Positions 50,270-60,776 of a stretch of DNA of 64,000 nucleotides are shown here, in pieces. A program made the position numbers and the translations under genes. Every line of letters starts with the position of its first letter. The stretch's first letter is position 1. Source of the DNA: Euglena gracilis (lineage: Eukaryota); the NCBI GenBank assembly GCA_039621445.1, contig CP154954.1, positions 39,083,816-39,147,815 of the forward strand. The letters run 5' to 3'. The notes beneath the pieces were generated by a model, which was not told the origin of the DNA, searched no databases, and worked only from the letters and a program-made list of their open reading frames with translations.

Positions 50270-53200
50270 ATGCTGCCCGGTGGAAGGGACCCAGGTGGAG
50301 GACCGCCTTACCACCCCACCACTCACCCACAGCCTGACCAATATGCGTACCGATACGGTACACACCCAGCTGTACGGACTGCGGCTCAGGGAAACCCTGA
50401 AGCCAGCAGCAGTAGCAGGTTGACCCAGATGCCCGAGGAAGCGCGGTCATCTCAGCCAACAGGCCCCCGTCGCCTCCCACCGTATGCTGGTGTGATGATA
50501 CACCACACGGCGGAGACGATGAACCGGGTGATGCGTATTAGCGCAAACCCCGCACCAGACCAACTCACACAGGCATTGTGGGATAACCACCGCCGTCAAA
50601 TTTTGACAATCGCACACACCCCTCCAGCCTTGTGGTGTATGTGCGCCCAAGCGATGATGACCGATTCGGTGTATTACACCGATTCGGCTGCATCAGGCTT
50701 TACAAAAGATATCACTATGCGTGACCTGGGCGTGGAAGTCCCGCCACAGGTAGCACCGCAGATACCACCGGTTGGCACTTACACTGCACACTTTCGTGCT
50801 CACTCCCCCGGATAACCCGAGGAAGAGACAGGGGAAGCACCTGTCCGGAGTGAACACCCACGCGAGAAGGAGGGTAATTCCCGATCCCCTGAGCGCATAT
50901 GCCCCGGCGGGATTACCCCGCGCAGGAGCATGTGTCTCAGTATGCCGTCTGTGGGGATTATCACCAGGGAACGGCACCTGCGTCTGTTTATGCGGACAGA
51001 CCAAGCCAGCGGGATCAATATGTGTATCCACCACCACCCCACCCCACCATTCCTGACCCTATTCCAAGACGCCCAGCGGAGGGAAACCCTCCCGCGACGT
51101 CTGACAGTGCCCGAAGCGCTCGCTCGCGGGAAGCCGCAGCAGCGCCTCGCGCGCCGGTCCAGCAGGAACGGGATGAACCCGTGAACCTGCGGACTGGCCC
51201 AGAATTCACCTCCGAAGAGGAGCGTCAGCAGTATGAATATGCTGTGATGGTTCAGAGACAAATCGCACGTCGTCCACCTGTTTCCGCCGGACAGGAATAA
51301 CCTGACCGGGCGGAAATGACATGGGAGGAGCGCGAGCAGTATGATGCTGCTGTGACAGCTCTCACAGGAGTTCCCCCACCATCACGATCGGGTCAACCAG
51401 TGCGACAGCGGGATGTTGCTGTGGCGGAAGCGCCAGCAGCACGACCCACCAGCTCTGCCGTCGGCAAGCGTGACCGCGGCCCAGAAAATCTGACGCCGCA
51501 GCCACAGCGCCGTTCGCCGAGGTCGGAAAATCCGCCCGCAGCGATGCATCTCGACGCTGGCGAGGAACCCTCGCCGGCGCCAGATGTGGCGGCAGATCGG
51601 GCACGTCGGGAAACCCGACCACCCCCTATCGCACCGGTTTACTCGAATCGTGGTGACGCTGAGCAGGAATTTGCCCGGACACCAAGCACGGAATCCGTGT
51701 ATTACCCTGTGTTGACGCCAGAAGACCCAGAATACTGGGAATACATTAACCCAGATTACTTGGCGACATTCGGATGGCTGGCGGGTAAGAGTAAGGGTAA
51801 AGGAAAGGGCAAGGGTAAGGGGAAAGCTAAAGGCCAGGAAAAGGGTGGGAAAGCCCCGGAGAATGGTGGGAAAGCCCCACCTGGCACAGGCGGAAAAGTC
51901 GCCTAGCCAGCTCCAGGTAAAGGCGGAAAATCTGCCGGACCCCCAGCGGGAAAAGGCAGAAAAGCCGCCGAACCTTCGAAAACGAAGGATTATGATGTGG
52001 ACCTGGTGTTCAATTATCTGGATGAGATCTGGTCGAAAATCGACGAAGATCTCAAGATGTACACGCAAGTAGGAAGCGTGATCCACCGATCACCGGAAGC
52101 GGTGCTCCAAGTGGTGCAGGATCATATGTTCGATCACTGCAAACGTTTCTTCTACAGCTCCGAGCTTCATGCTTTTGAGGGATACCCTCATTCGAATGAA
52201 GTTGTCCTGGACCGGATGCCCGATTTGTGGGAGCTGTGGTTCTGGTTGGGATACCCCTGCCAGAGTTTCGGCATGTTTACCGACCGACACGGTCTGACAT
52301 ATGTCGATTGCATGAATACATGCGAAGACGGCGAAACGTTCGTCGCGCAGTTGAAGGATATGTTCAACCATATGCACTCCGTCGGAGCACTGGGAATCCA
52401 GTGGAAATATTACCCCTGCCGGAGAAACTCCAGGCGCAGGCTGCCGTAATGTTCACGAACAACCTCCAGGGTATACTTGGACAGCATGTATGGCACGCTG
52501 TTCAAGGTCCTGGATGTGGACCTCGCGTACCCCTACCGGTACAAACTGGAATGCCCGTTCTGCAAAGAAGTTCACATTGTTGACTTCTGGGGTTTCGGGG
52601 AGCGCGGAAAAACGCCTCCGACTGCCGAGAATGCCGGTAGCCAGCTGACCAGGAGATTCCTCCTGCATCAGTGCCGAAATCCCCAGATAGGGACACAAGA
52701 CCGAAAGGTGCTGAAACAGCACCGGCAGAAAATATTTCTGCAGCAACAATACTGGCACCGGGCGTGGATTACCTACGTCCAGGAGGTCTACATTTATTTC
52801 CTGGAGCACATGACCGGTGATGTGGATATCCACAGAAAGTGGTTACCTTGGGTCTACACCGAGGTGGAAGCGAGACCCCATGATTCGGATCAACGCATGA
52901 TGAACCTGGGTCCAGACTGAGAAGAGGCCGAAATCGGCCTCCAGGAACATCTGGACACCAAGTCCGGGAATATCCTGGTCTGGGATTATTTCCAGGTGTT
53001 TTTCGCGGCGCACGAAGGGGAAGTCCCTCGTTATGCGTTGCCGCTGCTCGCCTTCCTGGAAGACACACGAGAATATGGCGCGAGCGAGAAATGTCGACAG
53101 CAGTAGGAAGACCTCTGCATGATCGAGGACAAAGAGCCCTACCCTCTGACCAGAAGCTGGGTACGAGCGACGTGGCCAATGCCATACCCGAACTCTGACA

Positions 53201-53615
53201 GGAGTGAAAGTATAAGCCTTTACGGCCTGTCAGACGCACAAGGGTGCTACAGAGCCGGGAAGGCCCGCGTTCTGCAGCACAGCTGCGTACCGAGGAATCC
53301 CCTCCGGAAGCGGAGGAGGAAGAAGAACAGGAGGAAGAAGCAGTTCCCATGGCCGAGGCTGAACCTCAGCCAGTAGAACCTCCGGCACGGTAAACCCGTA
53401 GCCCATCGGTAGTGATGCTGGATACTGTGGCGGAAATGGCCCAGGAACCGGCAGCACCGGCAGGTGAGTTTTCACCTGTACCGCTCTCGCCGACCTCGCT
53501 GAGTACAACAGGCGTACCGACCCCTCCGCGGGAAAACCCGACAGAGACGGTACCCCACACGCCTGAGGTATTACGCCTCAACCTCCCTGTTTCCGGTTGC
53601 CTGTTGCCAGAAGTC
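50270..53615 (+). pseudogene. Long extra ORF of unknown function downstream of integrase (~1,100 codons, 7 in-frame stops, ~2 frameshifts)
   Basis: ORFs 50899, 51316, 51997, 52477 and 53119 share one frame and are separated by single stops. Contains a KGKGKG tract, CPFC..HQC and an acidic tract. Confidence 0.7.
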
Positions 53616-54522
53616 AGGGTTGACTGCCCAAAGTTTGGCGGTTATATTTTTGGAGAAATGCATTTACATAAATGCTTTACCGAATGAAGTTTTGAGTGAT
53701 CAACACCATTTGATTTCTTCAACGTTTTTCACCACCTTATGCGGTTTACTCGGAATCGAGCAACATTTTTCCATTATATACCGACCCAAAGGCGATGGTA
53801 GAGCCGAGGCAGCCGTGAAATCCGTCGTGAATATGCTTCGCCTTTCACTGGCTGACTCGCGCAGCAACTGGATATCAGTGCTACCATGGTCTTTATTTTT
53901 TATCAGTACCTTACCAGGGCTGGTTTTACCTCACTCCCCCTATAAACTAGTTTTCGGACGGGACCCTCCGGCTATAGGGGATGTCCCTTCGGAGAGACCC
54001 GACCGAAAGAGTGTCAGTTGCGAGACCTGGTTTGCGGAAGTAGAAAATGTACGTTCTGCAGTCCAGAAGCGAATAACTGATATTCATGCAAATAAACGGA
54101 AATCGTTTTTGCAGCATTTCAAGTCACCTGTGTATAGTCCCGGTGACCGCGTGTGGGTACGGAGTAGCCGTACTCGCATGCGGGCCTTCCAAGCTGGACC
54201 CCCCTTGGCTCGGACCCTGTGAAATTTTAGAAAGACTAGGTACCAGCTGGCGATATAAGGTTGCATTACCGAATGGCGTTGAGGACGTTCATATGGACGA
54301 CTGCAAACCATACCTGTCACCACCGGATGGGATACCCATCCCGTGCTTGCATTTCAAGCCCCGTCCCAGATTACCTGAGACGGACGATTTTGTAGTCGAT
54401 AAAATCATCAATCACAAACTCGATAAAGGTATGTACCTTTGGAAAGTCCGCTGGAAAGGGTATGGGCCCGAGGAGGACACTTGGGAGCCAGCAACCAGTT
54501 TTGTTGGGTATGTCCAGCAAGA
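53616..54522 (+). pseudogene. Second integrase-chromodomain copy, truncated at both ends
   Basis: Near-identical to 49144-50050, with the same frameshift. Confidence 0.92.
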
Positions 54523-55057
54523 CTGACAACCCGCACCTCAGGGCACAGCCAGAGTCACCACGATTAAGCGTCCAGGCACCGGGACATGCGCACCTGAAAA
54601 ACAGGCTGAGGGGACGTCCATGCCTCCACCACAGGCCCAACCAGCGCGAAACGCGCCGGCCACACCTACTCCTACACCCTCCCCCAAGGCCACCCCTGGA
54701 AAAACCATGGGCGCCGCAAAGGAACATGTAGGACGACCCTCAGCTCCAGAAACCCCTGCTGAAGGGCAACGTCGCTCGGTGTCTGGGAAAAGACCCCCGT
54801 CCCAAGCGTCACCACGCACCTGGGCGAGCAAGCGTCACGCCGACAGGCGGCCCTCGGACCCTCCGGAAACCGGATGCCCGAAGGCCCCGGCCAAATCAAA
54901 GCCGGGCGCCGCACCTTGTAAACCCCCACCGAAATCTGCTGACCAGCCCACACCGAAAGGCGGTGGAGGTGCTGGCGGCCAGGGTGCTGCATCCTCTTCT
55001 CGGGGATTAATCTCGAGACAAGGATTCACACAGGTTACGTCTTCCGGCTATGGGTGA
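54523..55057 (+). pseudogene. Pro/Ala/Lys-rich ORF fragment, probable C-terminus of the extra ORF
   Basis: Same composition as 50270-53615. Ends 25 bp before the purine tract. Confidence 0.45.
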
Positions 55058-55081
55058 ACCTCCTAGCCGAAGCCTCAGACT

Positions 55082-55096
55082 AAGGGGCAGGGGAAA
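55082..55096 (+). other. Putative polypurine tract AAGGGGCAGGGGAAA
   Basis: Purine run at the 3' end of the element's coding region. No TG-starting LTR follows. Confidence 0.5.
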
Positions 55097-55114
55097 TCCC
55101 GCGCCTCCACAGCT

Positions 55115-56770
55115 GACTGGGGGGGACTGGGGGGGGGGGTCCTGGGTGGTCGGCCGACCGACAAATTGGTCGGCCGACTAGGCCTGGCCGGCAGCTCGTC
55201 GCCGAGACAGGAGGGGGGTCCTTGGTGGTCGGCGGACTAGTCGGCCTACGACCCACTCCAACGTAGTTACGGGAAAGTCTGACTGACTTTTTTGAAGAAA
55301 GTTGTATGCAAACTAATCGGTAGCTAGTCAGTGGTCATAAAAATGGTCTGTGGCGGGTCCAAACCACCCGGAAATGGTCCGGAGGGGTCCAAATAAGTGC
55401 CTTACACCAGCAGTAACACTCTCAGATGGAAATTTTTGGTCGGTGGGGGTCGGTGGGCCCTTGGGGTTCGGACGGGTGAAAAACCAATGACGAAACAGGG
55501 ATTTTATGAGAATCCTTTAGGAATGCAAGTATTCTGCATAACGAGAGGCAGAGACAGCTGCGGCTCCGCAAAAAACCCCAGTGATGTCCTGATCTTCTTT
55601 CTGGCTGTTGTTTTTTGGTGTGTGGTGTTGGTTGTGGTGCTTCTTACTGCTTTTCTTTGCCGAAGTAGGCGGATCATAGCAGGGGTGTAGAAGTTTTGTT
55701 TTTTCTCGGGGGCAAGGAAACAATAACTTCCTGACAAGGCCCATTATGACAAGTTTTCCCCAGCCGCCCAAAGGGCGGCCAGACAGTAAGGCTTTTTTTT
55801 TCCATAAAAGATGGCGTTGGGGGTTTTGGCGCATCGCTCGTGGCGTCTGACCCACCCACCCACCCCAGGGTGGCTCAGGACCCCCCGGTGGGGGGGGACG
55901 GGGACCCCCCCAAAAAATCGGGCCCGTTAAATGATGGCCCAATCGGACCCTTCCTTGGCCCCCTGCTCGATATGGTGGTGACATTCGTGGAAAATGGTCG
56001 GAAATAAAAAAGTAAAAAATTTTGAAATTTCGTGATATTTCCGGGGGCCAGAAATTTCAGTCACCACTGAACCACTCCCCGCCCTCAGCCCCCCCCCACC
56101 CCGCCGTGCCCAGCCTCCATTGAATGTGGGGAAAATGTGGTAATTTTAACATTGATGCCTTTTGTGTTTTGGGATTCCAAAAAAAGAGTGCAAATATGAA
56201 AAAGACGGCAATGAGAAAAACCGGCCCCCTGAGCCATTTTGCATGAAACAGAAAAGAAATGTATTGCCGCCCGAAGGGCGGCGAGACGGTAATGCATTTT
56301 TCCAAAAGGTTTCCCCAAAAAGAGGCAAATCTGTCAACAGGAATGGTGTGTTTATGAAAAAATGAATTTTAAAAACCATGTCAAAACACATGCGGTTTGT
56401 TTCCGCCCCTTGGAAAAAGATTTTTGCCCCCTCTGACCCATGAGTTTTGGACTGGTTTTGCCGCCCGAAGGGCGGCGAGACGGTGGCGACATTCAACATC
56501 AAAAATAGCCAAAAAGCTCAATGAAAAGTTGTGAACTTTTGTGGGAAATTTAAAAAGCACAGAGAATGTGGTGAGTAAACCACACACCTTGCAAAAACAT
56601 TTTTCTTCCCAAAATCTCGGTGGGGGCGGCCCCCCCCCCCCGGACCCCCCACTTCAACACCTATGGATCATAATCGTCCTTTTGGCACGGATCTGTAACC
56701 AAATTACTCAAGCTGATCATGCAATTCAAACAACTGCAAGACGAGACTGACAAAGAGGCCTTCGAAGTGG
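55115..56770. repeat. Diverged inverted copy of repeat family X, split by a MITE
   Basis: 55125-55679 and 56666-56770 are reverse-complement homologues of 12050-11506 and 11515-11414. Confidence 0.85.
55680..56665. mobile_element. Non-autonomous hAT-like element (986 bp)
   Basis: TIRs CAGGGGTGTAGAAGT / ACTTCAACACCTATG (12/15). 8-bp TSD GATCATAG/GATCATAA. Empty site in the family X copy near 11509-11516. Confidence 0.8.
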
Positions 56771-56912
56771 CGTGGAAAAACCTATTATTACAAGAATCGC
56801 TGACAACAACTTTCTTACGAGATGCGGACGCTACCACCGTGATGGGCCCACTGGGGAAAAACGCCAACTGCCTGTGTCGTGCGTCATGCGTTGGACGTTG
56901 AACCTTCATTGA

Positions 56913-56933
56913 GTGTGTGTGTGTGTGTGTGTG
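56913..56933. repeat. (GT)n microsatellite
   Basis: About 10 GT units. Confidence 0.9.
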
Positions 56934-57390
56934 CGAGCGATCTCCAAAAGCGTGCACATCTGCATGTCTGTGGATTATATTGCAACCTGAGGGAGGCAAC
57001 AACCTAAACAACGACCCTTCAGTGACCACTGCAAACACCACGCTGGGGTTGAGGTGGGGGTAAACCATGCTTCCATTCCACCATCATATGCCCCCCCCCA
57101 CACACGGGTCCATCGCACGTGTTCAGTGCACACTCCTGGGGGTGCGTACTAGCGTCCACGGTTGAGGGCAACCCAGAACCGTTGGGCTGCCGCGGGGGGA
57201 AGCAGGGGGCACTGAATTGGCTGCGATGGCAGCTGCAACAGCACCATGGTTCAAGGGTGCACTGGAGGTGGTTGCCGAGTCCAGGCCGGCCTGAGTGCAC
57301 CGAGGGGGGAAAAAAAACAAAACAAAATTGTTAGAAAAAATTCTCGTCGTGACGCAGTGAAGATGGGCACATACATCTCTTCAAGAACTT

Positions 57391-57690
57391 CGGGGGGGTT
57401 GCTGGGCTAGGGCTAGAAATTTGGGCTGGCTAGCCCGCCCCCCCCCCCCCCCAGGGGGGTATTTGCCCCGCTGGACTGAAATCGGAAAAATGCTCAAAAA
57501 TGACCTGTAAAATATAATTTTAAAAAAATGATGCATCCGAAACCCCCCAAAAATACCCCAAACGTCCCCCAAACCCCATTTTTGGCCACTATGAACACAG
57601 TTTTTCAAAAAATTTCGGCGCTTTGGCCGAAAAAATTCTGGGCTGGACCCCCAAAAAAGGGGCTGGCTAGCTTGGCCAGCAACACCCCCG
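57391..57690. mobile_element. Possible 300-bp MITE
   Basis: Inverted ends CGGGGGGGTTGCTGG / CCAGCAACACCCCCG and repeated GGCTGGCTAG motifs. No TSD found. Confidence 0.4.
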
Positions 57691-59778
57691 GGGGGGGGAT
57701 GCTGCTGCGGCTGGGCTGGGCCCAAATCGGGGCCCGGCTGCAGCCGCCCCCCACGGGGGTTCGCAAAACCTTAGAGAGATGTATGGATGGGCATCCACAA
57801 ATCGCAATGCATGATTCCCACTCAACTAGGCCGGGACTCCCCCCCCGGGTCACAAAATTCCAAAAAAAACTCTGGGCTAGATTTGACTGTGGGTGGAGTG
57901 GGGTGGGGGTGCGGCGGTCCTTAAGCAAATTTGAAAAAAACCTCCGCTGTCCCAGGACACTCAGGGAATATATACAGGAAAATGGGCAAGAAACTTTGGC
58001 TTTTCTCTGCAGGCACCGGTCACCATTACACCCAGCGTCTGAAATGTTTGCCCACGGCTGGCAAAAAGATTCGCCCAAACCAGTCATAATTTTCGCCCAG
58101 TGCCCTCAAAAAAAATTGCCCAAAAGCCTCAAATTTTTTGTACTGCACCGCCAAAAATATTTGCACTTCCTCAAAAAATATTTGCCCTCCGTCCTTTTGT
58201 TTTTGAACAATGAAAAAAGCCTTATCGAATTTATTTATGTTTATTGTGTTCGATCAACGTACAGTTGGTGAACACCCTATTTGGGCTAAGCCAACAGGAG
58301 GCCTTGTGCGACAGCCAAAATGGCCAGAAAGGATGGACACGGTTCAAAATTTGGTCAGAAATAACCTGAAATGACACAAAAGGCCCAGCATTTCCTAAAT
58401 CAATCAAAAATATTTGATAGATTGGATATCCCAAAAATCATTGACAATCTGCCAAAAAATGTTCAAAACGAACCCTCAATGGATTGAACATCAAAAAATC
58501 ATCAAAAATCCACAATGACCATGAATTGGCCCCAAAAAAGATTCAGAAATGCCAAAAAAAACTGCCTGAAATGGTGGAAAACCAGCCAAAAATGGCTCCA
58601 ATGGCAGAAATTTTGCTAATCATTTCCAATTTTGGGGGGGTTTACGTGCAAGGTGCCCACACATGCAATGTTTTTCTTTGCAAAGAAAAATCATCACCAT
58701 ACATCGCGTCGCTATGTCTCTTTTTTCCAACATTGAGTGTAACGAACTACACTCAATGAGTAATGCATTTGTGATGGTCAAGATTTTTCACAACCATGAA
58801 TGCATGCGAAAAGTCGTCCAAAACCAAAATTGGCCTCTGGAAATGTTAAAAAACTCCTTTCTTTGGGTTTTCAGCCTTTGGAAATGTCAAAAAACTCCTT
58901 TCTTTGATTTTTAGGCCTTTGGAAATGTAAAAAAAAACTCCTTTGATTTTTCGCAAAACCGCGTGTTGGCATTGGAGTTTCATTGTTTCTGCTTCATTAA
59001 ATTTGAAAGAAAAAAAACAGATCAAGAAGGCTTGAAACGGTCCAATGTGACTCATTTGTCAAAAGTTGGAATGAAATCACAAATTCTGCGGTGAACCAGC
59101 TTTTGCAGCAATGACATCTCCGCTTCAATGCGCATTCTAAACCATTTTGGTCGATTTCGGGGGGCTCCAACAAAACCATTATTCAAAGCGCAGTACTTTG
59201 GACAGAATATCCGCCTTAAGACACAGACCTCATGCCTGAAGTCCAGCGCCTTAGATGCAGTCCTGAGATCTTGCACCTAAAACGCAGACTTAAAGCCAAC
59301 TGTGCAAAAAACCCGATCCGTGTGCAAAAATTTTCGGAACGGAGACAAATATTTTTGAGATAAAATGCAAACCTTTTTGAGATAAATTGCAAAAAATATT
59401 CACCGGAAGTGCAAAACAATACGGTGTGAATTGCGAAAGATTCGGGGGTTCGGTGTAGGGGAAAAATTGATTCCTGTCACCCTTAGACATCCACCCAAAT
59501 CATCAAAAACTGTGTTTTTCGAAAGTTTCTATTTTGCCCCCGTTCGAGGCCTTTAGCCGGCCCTTTGCCCGAAAGGGAGAGGGAGAGGGGAGAGGGGCGG
59601 TCCTCACAGAAATAAAACAAATGCTCTCCCTTAATGCTTCTCCACCCCCAAAGGACATGGTGATGCCTTGCAAAAGTTCATTTTATCATCGAGTGCCCCC
59701 CACCCTCCCAATGAAATTAGAACTCTTGACAGCATAACAGCATTGTCACACCTTCTCGGGGAAGAACCGTGGGTGCAG

Positions 59779-60173
59779 CAGGGATGTATGGGAAGCCGAG
59801 GCAGAGTCCAAACCCCCCCCCTGCCTCCGAAGATGGAGGGGGGAGGGATCATATGGACTGTCAAAAGGCCGGATGACAAACCAAAAATGTTCAACAACAG
59901 TTTTTTTGATTCTTCTTTAAAATAAACACAAAAAATGTTCACTTTTAACCATTTTTTCCCCTGCGGAAAACATCAGAGCACTGACAATGTGCAATATCCT
60001 GAAAGAATGAGGGGGGAGCAAATTTTGAAATGCAGCGCTGGCAGAAAACTGTCCGATGTTTTTGGAACCAGAGGGGGCTGGACCCAACCACCATTCCCCA
60101 TTGGGGCGGGGCAGGGGGTTGGGACCCCCCACCCACCATCTACCCAAATTGAAGGGCTTCCCATACATCCCTG
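59779..60173. mobile_element. hAT-like MITE (395 bp)
   Basis: Perfect 19-bp TIR CAGGGATGTATGGGAAGCC (59779-59797 / 60155-60173). 8-bp TSD GGGTGCAG/GGGTGCGG. Confidence 0.88.
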
Positions 60174-60776
60174 GGGTGCGGGTACTGCACCTCCTTGTTG
60201 GGGAGCATCCAGAACATCTGGAAATTCTCAAAACAGGGCTTGAAATCCACCTGCTGCAGCCACCCAGGTCCAGTACATACCATAGCTTAGCGATCCCCTG
60301 GGGGGGGGGGGAGGGGGTCACTTGCACTCCAAAAAAAAACGGTCAGTCACTTTATTCGGCCAAGCCATTCAGTCACTTTACCCCCCCCAGGGGGAGGTTG
60401 GCCACTCAGACAAACCAGTCACTTTTTGGCCTTTCAAAGCCATTTCTTGGCCAAAATTTTCTCTGGCGCCTTCGGGGTTGGCCACTCAGCCACTTTTGGG
60501 TGATTTCTGCCCCCCCCCAAAAAATCAGTCAGTCACCACCCTGGGGGGGGGGACAGGTGTTAAGCAATGGTCTGGTCCAGTGACTGCTTCTTGTGGGGGA
60601 ACAAAATGCGCCTCCTCCATCTGCCGTTTCTTCACCTGAGAATGGGGAGATGTATGGTGGTGGACACCATCAAAAACACATGCGAACACATGCACAGCCA
60701 CCCACCAACCCCCACCCCCACCCCCACGTTTGGAAGCCGCGTTAGCGGCTTGGTTCGATCGGAGCCCCTCCTCCTG

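Larger units (their letters stand above)
47953..55096 (+). mobile_element. Rearranged Ty3/Gypsy chromovirus-like LTR-retrotransposon remnant with internal direct duplication (47953-50050 = 52425-54522, period 4472)
   Basis: Two integrase-chromodomain segments, extra downstream ORF and a polypurine tract. No gag, RT or LTR visible. Confidence 0.85.

Noticed and set aside
50270..53615. Variant genetic code (stop-codon reassignment) explaining in-frame stops
   Set aside because: DIRS A ORFs, integrase and LINE ORF2 run long distances without internal stops. Stops in DIRS C replace Tyr, Leu and Cys relative to intact copies, consistent with random decay. Frameshifts co-occur.
47953..54522. 2.1-kb direct repeats as LTRs
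   Set aside because: They contain integrase and chromodomain coding sequence and lack TG...CA ends, PBS and TSD.
56780..59770. Short ORFs in the AT/homopolymer-rich interval
   Set aside because: No motifs or coding-like composition. Probably decayed non-autonomous elements whose boundaries I could not define.
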